Of a stretch of 64,000 nt of DNA, positions 49,356-61,699 are shown piece by piece. The DNA is from Octopus sinensis (Eukaryota). How positions within the stretch are numbered: position 1 is the first letter of the stretch; the number at the start of each line of letters is the position of its first letter. The notes under the pieces are model-generated. The model searched no databases. It saw nothing but the letters and a program-made list of their open reading frames with translations, and had not been told where the DNA came from. The stretch covers positions 20,026,001-20,090,000 of the forward strand of contig NC_043001.1 in assembly GCF_006345805.1 (NCBI RefSeq), in the 5' to 3' direction. The position numbers and the translations under genes are program-made.

Positions 49356-51545
49356 ATGGATAAATGGTTAAATTTGTCAAAGAACACAGCAATACCACAA
49401 ATCAAAAAGTGTGTGAGACTAGAAGCTGGTCCTGGACAAAAATGAGAAATATGGATTGACTTCAATTTAAGGCAGGAAGAACACTGTCCTGTTTCCTTTA
49501 TTAAAAGCTGCACTCCATGCATACTTTTAAACTGGCTCCTGTTTGTTCCATAGTTGCATTTACACTAAAAATGATGACATCTAATGGTTGCTATGTACTT
49601 TAAAAACTCTTATTGATGGTACCATCAATAAGAGTTTTATTACTCTAAAGAGAGTAATAAAAATAAAGCATTTATTAGTACCTTATCAGTATGGTATTAC
49701 TTTAAAATCAGTTTAAATGAAAAACTTTAAGCTCATAAATTTTTGGTGTTCTTTTAACATTTGAATTTTCAACTGTTACCATATAACAAATCTTCATTCA
49801 AACCTGATTCCAATGCTGAATGTTCAAGAATTAAATGAAAGGCAGATTTTCAATCCTCAGATCATTCTGATACCATAATGGTATGATATGTCTATGTAGA
49901 CTGAGATAGAGGGTTTCTGGACAGACAGACAGAATATCATGTTTATTATCATAGATAGATGAATATTAACAACTGGAAGTATGAAGCCTGCTAAATTAAA
50001 AAAGGTGTTCTGGTACTTAATACTTGCTTCCTACACAGACAATTTTTTTCCTTTTTTTTTTTTTTTTTTTTTTGAAACCTCATTCACCAGTTTGGTTCAA
50101 CAAAAGCATTTAAGACCATCATAGAAAACCTCATGCTTAATTACAAAAGGGAAGAAACCATATGTGATTGTTGATGAACTTGCATTGCTAATGGCATGAG
50201 GAATCATAAAAATTATTCAGAGGAAGACTTAATGAAGCATGAAAAGTTCCATTGTCAAATGATACAGTATGTAAAAGAATTGCAGAAATTAACAATGACC
50301 AATTTGTGCTACTTATTGAAAGATTTAAAGGAAATGCTAAATTTGTAATTCATTTGACTAAACTGACATCACAAATGTAGCTCATCTGTTGATATTTGTC
50401 AGATATTTGTATGAAAACAGTGTGCACAAGAGCTTAATGTTTTGTCAGGAAAACATACAAGTGAAAATGTTTTCCTCAAAGTGGGCTAAATTTTTTAAGG
50501 AAATTTATCTGAAACAGAATAACTGTGATGGTGTATGTATATACTGGTGACACTGAAGTGAGAGGTGGCGAGAGAATATAGAATTTCAAGCTAATGTGAT
50601 ATCTGCAGACAGTGCACTGACTGCATTTATTCAATAATTCATGGAGAGGCATTAGTGAGGGGGGGGGCACTTTCTAGGAAAAAGCTAAGTGTTGTAATAT
50701 AAGATGTAGTTAAAATTATCAATTTCATTAGCAGTCATACATTAATAGCTGTTTGTAAACCTATACCAGGATGAATTCTGAGTTCACACAAACTTTTACT
50801 ACAGACACAAGTGTAAGTGTAATGGTTGTTGAAGGGACAAGCGATGAGAGAATTAAGTAAACTTTAGTATTAAAAGAAAAAAAAAAGAAAGAAAGAAGTT
50901 ATGCTCTTTATCAATAAAGCATTACTTTTGTGCAGAATTTTTTCACTGTGTGAATTTGATTTTGTAAATAGTTATTTTTCAGGCATATTTAAGAAACTTA
51001 ACAAACTTAATATGTCTCTGCAAGACAATAAATATTTTCCCTTTGAAAAGGCAAGTTTGAAATAAATCTTTAGAAATATGCAGTGCAAAGTATTAGAATT
51101 GAGATGTTTTCATGTACTGATGTTTTCTCAGTAAATAATTTGACTTTTAACTCAGAGATAGAAAATAAGAAAACATTTTTGCACGTATGAATAAAAGGTT
51201 CCATAAATATATTTTACTAGACACAAGACAGTTGTAAATCAGATGGGAACAGGAGGCGTCCAGTTGCATTCATTCTAGCAGTGGAACAGGTGAAGCCCCC
51301 CCCCCCTTTTTTTTTTTAAGGTACAAGAATTTGCAGAATTGTCATGCAATCCAGTCTTCAAACTTGAATTTTAAAAGATAAGCAAGTATTTTTGAAGCTG
51401 AATGTGATATCAAGATTTCCAATGCCATTTGAATTAGCAACGGCAGCTTTTCTACCATTTCCTTCTACATGTGTATATGAATCTGCAATTTCAGCTTAAA
51501 CAGTAATTAAGACAAAATACCACTCAACTATTAAGAATGTAAAAA
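49356..51545 (+). mobile_element. Decayed hAT (Charlie/Buster/SPIN-type) transposase
   Basis: Motifs in order: MDKWL; SMKPAKLKK; KPYVIVDEL; VPLSNDTVCKRI; TDITNVAHLLIFVRY; CIIHGEALV; DVVKIINFI; W..KGQ; GIFKKLNKLNMSLQ; FLPFPST..YESAIS..IKTKY (dimerisation domain); many stops and frameshifts. Confidence 0.9.
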
Positions 51546-52085
51546 AAAAAAATTCCCTTCAGAACATCACTGACAAACATCAAGCTACAGTTTGATGTAT
51601 TTTGCCAAAATAAACAAGCACACCCCTCCCACTAAAAATAGTCATATATTTTTGCTGTTTGTAAAGTTGTGTGGTCTTGTAGCTATTTTTTTAATATAAG
51701 TTTTAGTTTGTAATTAATAATTTTTTATTTAATATACTTGCATTTCTTTTTTGTCTACTTAATTTTATAACAGTGAAGGTCGTGAGAAATTCTGTCTGAT
51801 AAAAAGGGATTCATAAGGGAAGAAACTTTAAAAAAAACAATGTTCTATGTGTGTGTATTTCTTTCTTTTCCTCATTTAACACACTTTGCTATATTGGCAT
51901 GGGTCAGATGAAATTTGTTGAGGCAATTTCTATGGCTAGATGGCTTCACGTTTTTTTGTTTTTTTTTTTTACAGAAGATTGCAAATAAACATCACTGTGT
52001 GTATGTGAAAATTATATTGATAAGCAACACACTATGCAGGAATTACCTTAAAGAGAGATAGAAAATAAAGAGTTGTTGCATAGAT

Positions 52086-52553
52086 CAGTGGTTCTCAACA
52101 TTGAGCTTGAGGCCCACTAGTGGGCCTGGGAAAATTTCGAGGGTGCCTGAGGAAATTTTGAAAATTGCGAAAAGAGATTTTTGCATTTCAAGTTGAACCA
52201 ATCCTTTGAAGTTCAAATTGATAACCTAATTGAAAACACCAACTGCAATGTAGCCATTAAATTGCTTCTTCATTTCTTGTAAATAAAAATGTAAATATAC
52301 TTTTCTTCCATTTTTGATGGTTTTTTTTTTAATGCTTGCAGGTTCCATAAACAAGAAGATATAACACTAGTGTAGTATTTATTTAACGATTGTCATTGTA
52401 CTTATACATGAAGCTGGCATGTGGAAACAATTACTACTTTATGGGGTTTATATTCTGGAAGAGGGTCAGATAACTGGTTTAGAGGTCAGTGGGCCTGGGA
52501 TTTTTTGATCATAAAAACATGGGCCCAAAGGTGAAAAAGGTTGAGAACCACTG
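52086..52553. mobile_element. hAT/Charlie-type MITE with 8-bp TSD
   Basis: TIRs CAGTGGTTCTCAAC / GTTGAGAACCACTG; TSD gcatagat / gcttagat; internal palindrome aggcccactagtgggcct. Confidence 0.92.
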
Positions 52554-52713
52554 GCTTAGATGGTACCAAGTTGACTTTGATTGAGCAGCCCTTTGTTCAA
52601 AAGTGTTCCACTATGACCATCATCCCTTTTTTTTTTTTTTTTTTTTTTGTATTTCTGAGATATTTGTTCTCTCTCCTTTTTTAATTATTTTAAACTGGTA
52701 CAATGTGACTTAA

Positions 52714-52927
52714 CCCTTTCGTTACTGTATTTATTTTGAGATGCTCTGTGTTTCTTTCAATTACTTTAAATATAGCAAAGAATTTAGTAAAATAACTTAG
52801 TTACCATTCAGCTAGTGTTAGGGACATAAATTGCGACTAAGGTTTGGTGGAAGATTTTAATTCAAAACTTATGAAAACAAGACATTTGTACTCAGAGCCG
52901 GTTTCAGCCGGGTTGGTAACGAAAGGG
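52714..52927. mobile_element. piggyBac-type MITE (perfect 12-bp TIRs)
   Basis: TTAA|CCCTTTCGTTAC ... GTAACGAAAGGG|TTAA. Confidence 0.92.
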
Positions 52928-53157
52928 TTAAGGGAGATTTGGTTGCTTTACTTAGCCAGTTAAGTGATTGCATAGAGTCTCCTTCATTGCCTTGTTCCTC
53001 CTATATTTATATTCAATAGACTCCTATAATAATCTTGATAATTTAAATTTTTTGCAGTCATCTAGTTCAATAAGAAATTACTATTTAAAATATTTTTTAA
53101 GTGATTCCATTTAAATACACTTACCAAGTGATAATTGTTAACAACATGTCTCTTTAC

Positions 53158-53249
53158 CACCAATGCAATGTTGGAAAACTGTTTTATTTACTTTGAAGTA
53201 GTCTCTTCTTCTGTGTGTACTAATTTTGGATAATGCTTCTTGCCTGTTG
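53158..53249 (-). CDS. Candidate 92-nt - strand exon
   Basis: tgtattttctctacAG; GTG|GTAAAG donor; NRQEALSKISTHRRRDYFKVNKTVFQHCIG (2-1). A stronger GTAAGT donor at 53124 gives stops in all frames. Confidence 0.25.
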
Positions 53250-54439
53250 CTGTAGAGAAAATACAATGCTTTAAATTATTTTTATGTTCATGTACTTAAT
53301 GTGAATTTTGTGTGTGTGTGGGGGGGGGGGCATGCACATGCATTTATTATTATTATTATTAGTAGTAGTAGTAGTATTCAAAGCTGAGTCACAATTCAGA
53401 GTTTCTTGTTCTTGGTCCTCAGATCACTAGTGTTGTTATTTTTTAAACTTGCTTATGCATAAAACGATCAATTGATTCCCTCAAAACAAATTTGATAGGG
53501 ATTATTGATTACATAGACAAGTAACAAACTGTATAGAAAAGGAGACAAAAAAAGGAAGGAGAAGGGAGAAAAGCCATAGAGAAGAACTGGTGGGTGACGG
53601 AAAAGAAGGAAAATAATAGATGAGAAAAAAAGAAAAAAATGGTGTCAGTGTTCTCCCAGAATTTCAGCAGCTTTCAGTTAAGTAGTGTTTTATGGATGTC
53701 ACAAGTGTGTGTGCGCGCGCACGCACGCCTTTGCATGCAAGTACACATATGTATTCATGCGGATGGATGCTTTTGACCTGTGGTAAGAGGGGGGGAAATA
53801 TCATTTAATGTGTTTTATTCATTCTGATAGGGGCAAAGATAGCATATATAGTAAGCTCCCTTTTGTTGCGATTAGTTAGGTATAATAGATTTATACATAT
53901 AAAAAAAAAAGCAGGAAAAGAGTAAAAAGGTATGTATGTGGAGATGGTGTAACAATTGCCCCTGCCAAAGTTGTTTTTCAGGATCACCTGATTAAAGTTA
54001 GTCAGTGGATTATGTTTATAAGCAAGCTTTGAAAGCTACAGTGCCGCTTGTCTGAGAACCAGCAGTGTAAGCTACTCATACAAACCCAGTTTGAAAGATG
54101 TCTCATTTATTTCATTCTGCCTTAGAGTATTGAGTACATTTTATGCTTAACTGTAACTTACACATGTATGAAACCACCATCTGCTACACACACATACACA
54201 CATCCAGTCAGTTAATCAATCAATCAAAAATCAACCGTCTACTCTGAGTTTCACTCATGGCTGGATTGTTCAAGACCTGAACAGCTTGACCAAGGACAAA
54301 TCTCTGAGTTGACTACCAATTTTTATTATAATTACATCTATCTGTTCTACTCAGTGTACTGAATTCTATGTCACTAAATAAATTACATCACTTTACAATT
54401 TTTACATTGATTGAGATAGATATATATATATATATATAT

Positions 54440-54740
54440 CACCGTGACTGACCAGGCTATCAGATGTTGCTACACATCGCTGGTCATGAGGCGCTTCACA
54501 TTGTTTTAGCCTTCAAATGACGCCACCCCGCTGGCTAAACGAGCAGGCCAACAGAAGAAAGAGTGAGAGAAAGTTGCAGTGAAAGAGTACAGCAGGGGTT
54601 GCCACCACCCCCTGCCGGAGCCTCGTGGAGCTTTAGGTGTTTTTGCTCAATAAACACACATACAACACCTGGTCTGGGAATCGAAATCGCGATCCTCCGA
54701 CCGTGAGTCCGCTGCCCTAACCACTGGGCCATTGTGCTTC
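54440..54740 (-). mobile_element. tRNA-headed SINE family C (tail type 2)
   Basis: Head and core nearly identical to 13410-13590; the 3' part (gcctgctcgtttagccagcggggtggcgtc...gcctggtcagtcacggtg) differs. Confidence 0.9.
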
Positions 54741-55244
54741 TATATATATATACATATCACTCACACCACACACCATTATTCACATACCCACACAAAATCT
54801 TCAATAGCGTCACCATACATACCACTATACAAGCTGCCACACATACTGTTTAACTCAGTACACATACTATATACCATCATGCACACTCACACATACAATC
54901 ACATGATACCTGAACACAGACAATATATGCATGCAACTCGCATAAACACAAGCAACATAATAGACAGATAACTTTCGCCCACAAATGTACACTATACACA
55001 TGCACACTATTTGATCACCCTTGTGCACACAACTGCTATACACACAACACGTTACATTCACTGACCCCCTTTCACACATGCACACTCACACACATGCTTA
55101 TGCACCTTAGTTCGTTGGGATCATCATTACTATTATTATTATTATTATTATCTCCCTTTCATTCCACCTCTTTTTTCTGGTCATCTCGCCATGTTGGGCT
55201 GTTGACCTCTGCATAATTTTTCTCCCTCCATTTTTTCCCGCTTA

Positions 55245-55369
55245 ATCCTTTCTGTTGAAGAGCATAGGCTCAAAACATAAAAGACTTTTCGATTTTTTTC
55301 CCAAGTGTTAAACTAATACACCTGTTTGTTGTTCCTACAACTGTCTGTCTTTTGTTTTCTGTAAATTTG

Positions 55370-55403
<34 letters not shown>

Positions 55404-55621
55404 ATAAATATTAGGGAATAAATCCAAATTTACAGGGAAAAAATCAGATTTAGGATTAAATCGATTTTATAGTAAAATATTATAAAATATTATTCGAGAC
55501 AAAACCACTATTTTGCAAAACAAACAAGGAAAGACTTAATTAATACATTAAAATTTTATGTATTAATTAAGTCTTTCCTTGTTTGTTTTGCAAAATAGTG
55601 GTTTTGTCTCGAATAATATTT

Positions 55622-55625
<4 letters not shown>
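55245..55625. repeat. Interspersed repeat segment(s) between (TA)n tracts, including a perfect 67-bp-arm hairpin (55482-55624)
   Basis: The two arms are exact reverse complements; 9-nt loop taaaatttt. Confidence 0.85.
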
Positions 55626-55671
<46 letters not shown>

Positions 55672-56170
55672 TATAGATATATAGATATGCATACTCAGCA
55701 CAAGAATTTGACCAATCAATTTAATAATATAGCTATATTTCAGATTAATAAGACGAAATAGTTCACAAATATCTTTTTTAAAAAATGACTGTGAGAAAAG
55801 AACAAGTAAATATAGAACTTACATTGTTGTAATTTTCCATATAAAGGTTTTTCTTTTTTCGTTTGGTACAAATCAATTTTTAGCTTTTGTATGGGTTAAA
55901 AATGCTTTTGTTATTTTTTAAAAATTTCTGAAAGTAATTGATAAATTATATGGAAATTTTTACAAGAACCTAAAGTCGTACCCCCATCCCACCACCTTTA
56001 TTTAGAAGTGTATTTTTTAAAGTGACTTTTATGGCATATGTATGTATTCACATTTGCTTATAAGTTGGTGAACTGCCTGCCATAATTTATTTTCAAAATA
56101 AAATGTGACAGTATTGAAATAACTTACACCCCTCAGAAGTGATACTTGTTTTTATTTATATAACTATATA

Positions 56171-56220
<50 letters not shown>

Positions 56221-56227
56221 ATATATA

Positions 56228-56482
56228 TCATCATCATCATCATCGTTTAACGTCCGGTTTCCATGCTAGCATGGGTTGGACGATTTGATTGAGGTCTGGC
56301 GAACCAGATGGCTGCACCAGACTCCAATCTGATCTGGCAGAGTTTCTACAGCTGGATGCCCTTCCTAACGCCAACCACTCCAAGAGTGTAGTGAGTGCTT
56401 TTACGTGCCACCAGCACGAGGGCCAGTCAGGCGGTACTGGCAACGGCCACACTCAAATGGTGCTTTTTATGTGCCACCTGCA
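56228..56482 (-). mobile_element. SINE family B
   Basis: Family B module after a (TC)n(TA)n tract. Confidence 0.9.
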
Positions 56483-56761
56483 CATATATGTGTGTGTGTG
56501 TGTGTGTATATATATTTGTTTTTAATATGATAAAATTGCACAAAAATAAGGTTTGTAAAATTATCCAAATCAACCTTTCATTATTCTTCATAGTCATGGT
56601 AAAACAAAACTGGAAATTGTGGTGATAACACTTATTTCCTTCCCCTCTCTCTTTCTTTGTCAAATTTAAAATATGTGAAAAGGGAATTTCTCCTGAAATT
56701 AAGATTGAATTTGGTCTTTTTATGCAGCAGCAATTAGGAATATTCTAAAGTTCCTTTAGAT

Positions 56762-57248
56762 CAGTGGTTTTCAGTCAGTGTCCATATGGCCTTTGGGGGT
56801 CCAAATAAGTTTTTGTTAAAATTTGTCTCCAATAAATCGATGATACTTCTACAATACACAAAATATTTCACTCTTTTACTTGTTTCAGTCATTTGACTGG
56901 CCATGCTGGAGCACCGCCTTTAGTCGACCAAATCGACCCCAGGACTTATTATTTTTAAGCCTTGTACTTATTCTATCGGTCTCTTTTGCTGAATCACTAA
57001 GTTACGGGGACGTAAACACACCACCATCGGTTGTCAAGTGACGTTGGGGGGGACAAACACACACATACAAACATATCATCATCATCATCATCATCATCGT
57101 TTAGCGTCCGTTTTCCATGCTAGCATGGGTTGGACGGTTCTACTGGGGTCTGTGAAGCCAGAAGGCTTCATCAGGCCCAGTCAAATCTGGCAGTGTTTCT
57201 ACGGCTGGATGCCCTTCCTAACGCCAACCACTCCGAGAGTGTAGTGGG

Positions 57249-57286
<38 letters not shown>

Positions 57287-57607
57287 TATATACGACGGGC
57301 TTCTTTCAGTTTCTGTCTACCAAATCCACTCACAAGGCTTTGGTCGGCCCGAGGCTATAGCAGAAGACACTTGCCCAAGATGCCCCGCAGTGGGGCTGAA
57401 CCCGGAACCATGTGGTTCGTAAGCAAGCTACTTATCACACAGCCACTCCTATGCCTATTTTGATAATTTTTTTTAAAATACAATTTTTAATAATATTTAA
57501 TTATAAAGATGTAATAGAATTTTTTAAACATTGAATGACTGGAAGGATCCATCCAGGTAAAATAGAAGTCAAAGGGGCCATGGGTAAAAAATGATTGAGA
57601 AACACTG
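56762..57607. mobile_element. hAT/Charlie-type MITE hosting SINE A (56870-57457), which in turn hosts SINE B (57076-57248)
   Basis: TIRs CAGTGGTTTTCA / TTGAGAAACACTG; TSD ctttagat / ctgtagat; nested SINE modules are visible. Confidence 0.85.
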
Positions 57608-57984
57608 CTGTAGATAATGAGGATTGAATAAACTAAGGCATTTAAGTGTTGGTGTTTGGAGAAAGAGATATAATTCTGAAAGGTTTTACCTTTCTTCATA
57701 TTAGGCCAAGTTCCAGTACAAATTTACTGACCACATAATCTTGAGCTCACACCTTTAGTTGTGACCTACGTTCAGTGTATAACTTTGCTTACTTCATCCT
57801 GCTTAACAACAGGAACCACTCATATTACATAGACAGTGGTAAGCTACAGCATCCAGCTGTAATAACAGTTGCTGCAACAATATGCAAGTGTTCTAATTTG
57901 TGCTAAACTATTCCATTAATGCTAACACTTCATGTTTTTACTAATGCTAGTTTAAACATTTACAGTTTTGATACAAGCACAGTC

Positions 57985-58362
57985 ATGCAGTTAGAAAGTT
58001 TGCTTTCCAACCACAAGGTTTTTGGGTTTAGCCTACTGCATGGTACTTTGGGCATGTCTCCTATATCCCTGGGCTGACCAAAGCTTTATGAGTGTATTTG
58101 AATTATGAAAACTGAAAAAAACCCATCGTGTGTGTGTATGAATTAGAGGGTGTAAATAGGAATGTGTGTGATTGTTGTAAATGAGCATTGTTCTAATATC
58201 TTGCAAAATCATGCCTGGCCATGGGGAAATATTACCTTGCTGGGAAATGGGTAAAGGTTGGTGACTGGAAAGGCATCCAACCATAGAAAACCTGCTTCAG
58301 TAAGCTTCATTTGACCCATGCAAACATGGAAAAGTAGGGGTTAAAACGATGATGACGATACT
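57985..58362 (+). mobile_element. SINE with family A head and B2 tail
   Basis: Same architecture as 7940-8312; ends gttaaaacgatgatgacg. Confidence 0.7.
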
Positions 58363-59517
58363 AAGTTATATTGAAAATTATTAAACTGAAACATTTTTCT
58401 GTATCTCTGCTCACCAACGAAGTTGCTCACAAGGCTAGCAACAAAAGTGATGTTCTTGAGAATGGTATGTAGATCTTAAATACATCAAAATGTTTATGGC
58501 TGATAGCCACTAATCATGAATTTTTTCAGAATAGCTAATTACATATTCTATCCATACCTATAATCACTTGAGCATATGTGACCAATTATATATAGTTATA
58601 CCCGGCAGAAATATTCTTTAATAAGAACTAGAAAAAGATTTAAAAAAAAAAAAAGAAATTCGCATTACTTGTCTGTAAGTGCTGAGATTTGCAATAAAAT
58701 CAAAGAAAAGTTATTGCCGTGCAATTGTAGAAATTCTGCTGCAGATAGGAGGTGGGATAATATTTTAAGTTCTCTAAGCAAATGTCAAAAGGAAAAAAAT
58801 ACTTTCCCATTTTTTTGATAATGCATTTATCTTGGCTAACAAATCTAACAATTTATCATTGATAATATTAGCTTCCATAAGAAAAAAACCCTGAAGAATG
58901 AGATGAGATTCTGGCTTGTATACTGGTAATAGTTTTCTTCCCCCTATTCCCAGAAATTATAGCATTCTTGATTTTAAAAAAAAATTCCTAATATGTTTAA
59001 TGGAAAATTTAGATATTATCATACCTTGTAGAACATTGAAATTTAAACTAGTTTTCAATTTACTTATATGTTGTATATAATCAGATGGTTTGAGTAAAAT
59101 ATTTTTACTAAGAACTATGAACTCAAGTATAAAAGATGCTTTAGTTGTGCACTCAGTTACACTGTATAACAATGTCAGAATTTTTATAGTGATATCTGCT
59201 TGAATCTCTTTGCTGTAATTAATAGAATCACAAATTGCATCTTACAAAAATTTGGATAAAAATACGCTAATTAAATTAAACTACTGAATTTTTTTTTCCA
59301 TATAATTGTGTTGTTTAATTTCTCTACAGTGTCGTATTTACAAAATTTTGAAATATTTAAAATGCCTGAGATGAGTTAAGATTTTTTTTTAAAGGGCTAA
59401 ATATTTTATTCAGTTGGTTCAGTTGTGAATTATCAGGTGTCTTGTTCATTGGTTTAAACATAGTACCAAATTCTACTTACTATGGTCATTGTTACCTGCA
59501 TTGATAGCCTTTGTGGA

Positions 59518-59680
59518 TCATCATTATCATTTAATATGTTTTCCAAGCTGGTTTCTATGGCTGGATGCCCTTCCTAATGCCAATCATTTTACAGTGTCTA
59601 CTGGGTGTTTTATATGTGGTACCAGCATGTGTGTTTTATACATGGCACTGGCATGGGTACCCTTATGTGGCACCAGCATA
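59518..59680 (-). mobile_element. SINE family B (old, partial)
   Basis: ctggatgcccttcctaatgccaatcattttacagtg. Confidence 0.65.
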
Positions 59681-60419
59681 AGGACAAATATGAATTAAAT
59701 TAGAAATAAATATTTGTAATTCAAGTGTGGTGCTGTGAATACATTCAGAAGTAAAGCACTTAATGCCAGAGATGAAACCAATTGCAAAGTAGTGATATAA
59801 AGATTGAAACCATTCATCTCTAAAGATAAGGTTAATAATTCAAAATGAATCCATTTAAATAGTTAGTCAGCTAATTACGACTAAATTGTAACTCAGAATG
59901 CATGCGTTAAAAATTCTTCTCTGAATTTATGAACCTCCATACATTATTGGCTTATCTGTCTGTATTTTTATTTATGATTAAAAAGATATCAGCAAAAGTA
60001 CACTTCTGAATGCATAATTAACCCTTCTACAGTTTCTGAGCTGGTAGAATTGTCAGCACCCTGGGCAAAATGCTTAGTGGACATTTTGTCCATCTTTACA
60101 TTCTGAGTTCAAATTCTGACTTTGCTTTTCATTCTTTTGGGGTTGATGTAATGATGTAATTGACTTACTGCCTCTCCCGAATTTGCTGACTTTTGACCAA
60201 AGTTTGAAACCAATTTTTAGAAATTCAGAAATATCCTGTTTTATTTACTTGTAAATGTTCCTGACACAAAATATGCAACCAAATAAAACAATGCTGCAAA
60301 GAATGACACATTCTTAATGTAAATGTTACTAATTCAAAAGAAAAGGTCATACATGTGTGTGCACGCGCATGCGTGTTCACAGCAGCTTAATCAAAAAAAA
60401 TGTTCAATAAGCTATAAGT

Positions 60420-60950
60420 GGTGATGGATAACCCATTGAACAGGCAAGATACTGTTTCATGTAACAAAAAAAAAATATACATTACAGATGTGATCAACAG
60501 ATGGCTGAACTATTGAGAAAGGCAGATAACTGCTCTAATTGGTTGATACCATTATTCTTCAGTGATAGCACTTGATCAAGAAAATTTCAGTGAATTACAT
60601 CCATTATTGACTACTGTGGAATCATCATCCCCTCTCTAATCATGTTTTTAAAGAGTTTAATCTATTAGAAATTGCTTTTATAATTAAGATGTTTCATCTA
60701 ATTTTATCAGCATTATCTTGCAGAAGGCAGGATAATCTGCCCTATTGACATGTTATCACCAACAGCTTATATACATCAACTCATTATCATACTCTGTTGC
60801 CAATACTCTCTTTGGAATTGCTGCAATTTACTCTGTCTCTTTAAGACTCCAGACCAGTACAATATTCAGCTCTTCATTTGGCCTTTTCTAGTCAAATTTC
60901 AATATATGTATTGCGTTGCTGCAAATGATGTAAGAAATTATAATTACATC
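60420..60950 (-). mobile_element. Possible second decayed pogo-family transposase fragment
   Basis: Weak: SAITEE.W... followed by an IFN.DETG-like segment; heavily decayed. Confidence 0.3.
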
Positions 60951-61699
60951 AAGCTCTGAAATTTCAGCATTTCTAATCATTTATAAAACCTAACTTAATA
61001 TGAATATATCTCTTTGTTGGACACACTCGCACACACCATATGTCACACTATATATATTCATATGTGCAAGTGTGTGCAATATATCTTGCTATGATATAAC
61101 TAAGTATTGGTTTTTGGTATATTTGTGGAAATTGTTTTGTTTTTGGTTTCAACAAGCCTTATCATAAAATGTCCCATTGTTTCCTATTGTGAAAGATTAT
61201 GGTTATCTATATTGTTCTATCACAAAAATTTATTGAATTAATATTTTAAAAACAAAATAGCCATTTATGCGTTGGTATTGTTTTAAGCTTAACTGTTCTT
61301 ATCTTCAGAATGGCTTATTTGTAAATAGATGCTGCTACTTAATTATCTCCATCATAAGGAATATAATGGAATTTAAGTATAGTTGTACTTGAAATTGTTT
61401 TGATCATTAATATTAACTAACACTGCGGCCATCCGAGAAAAAGAGAGGAGATTATTTAATTCTTTTATTACCAACTTAGTAAATTAGGGTCATATTTAAA
61501 ATAAAACTTCTAATAACATATATGTAATATATCAGCTTGTCAACACCAACATAATATAAAGTTACTTAATACTACTCACCAACTCCAAAATCTTGATTAT
61601 ATTTAAAATTAATCGAAACACACAGTCTGTTCATTAGAAATTGTCACAAAAGTGCAAAGAGAATTTTTTGTAGAATAATTTTCAAATATTATGTTGATA

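Noticed and set aside
49339-49552. Long + frame with a single in-frame TGA (possible selenocysteine or terminal exon)
   Set aside because: MDKWL is the typical start of the adjacent hAT transposase; no SECIS is evident and the stop fits general decay.
50983-51050. Apparent GC-AG exon (ttttcAG ... AAG|GCAAGT)
   Set aside because: The peptide IFKKLNKLNMSLQ is a conserved hAT transposase motif within the decayed element.
3883-57360. Many ORF-track peptides sharing LQLDALPNANHS / GFFQFPSTKSTHKAL
   Set aside because: They are translations of SINE B and SINE A copies, not a protein family.
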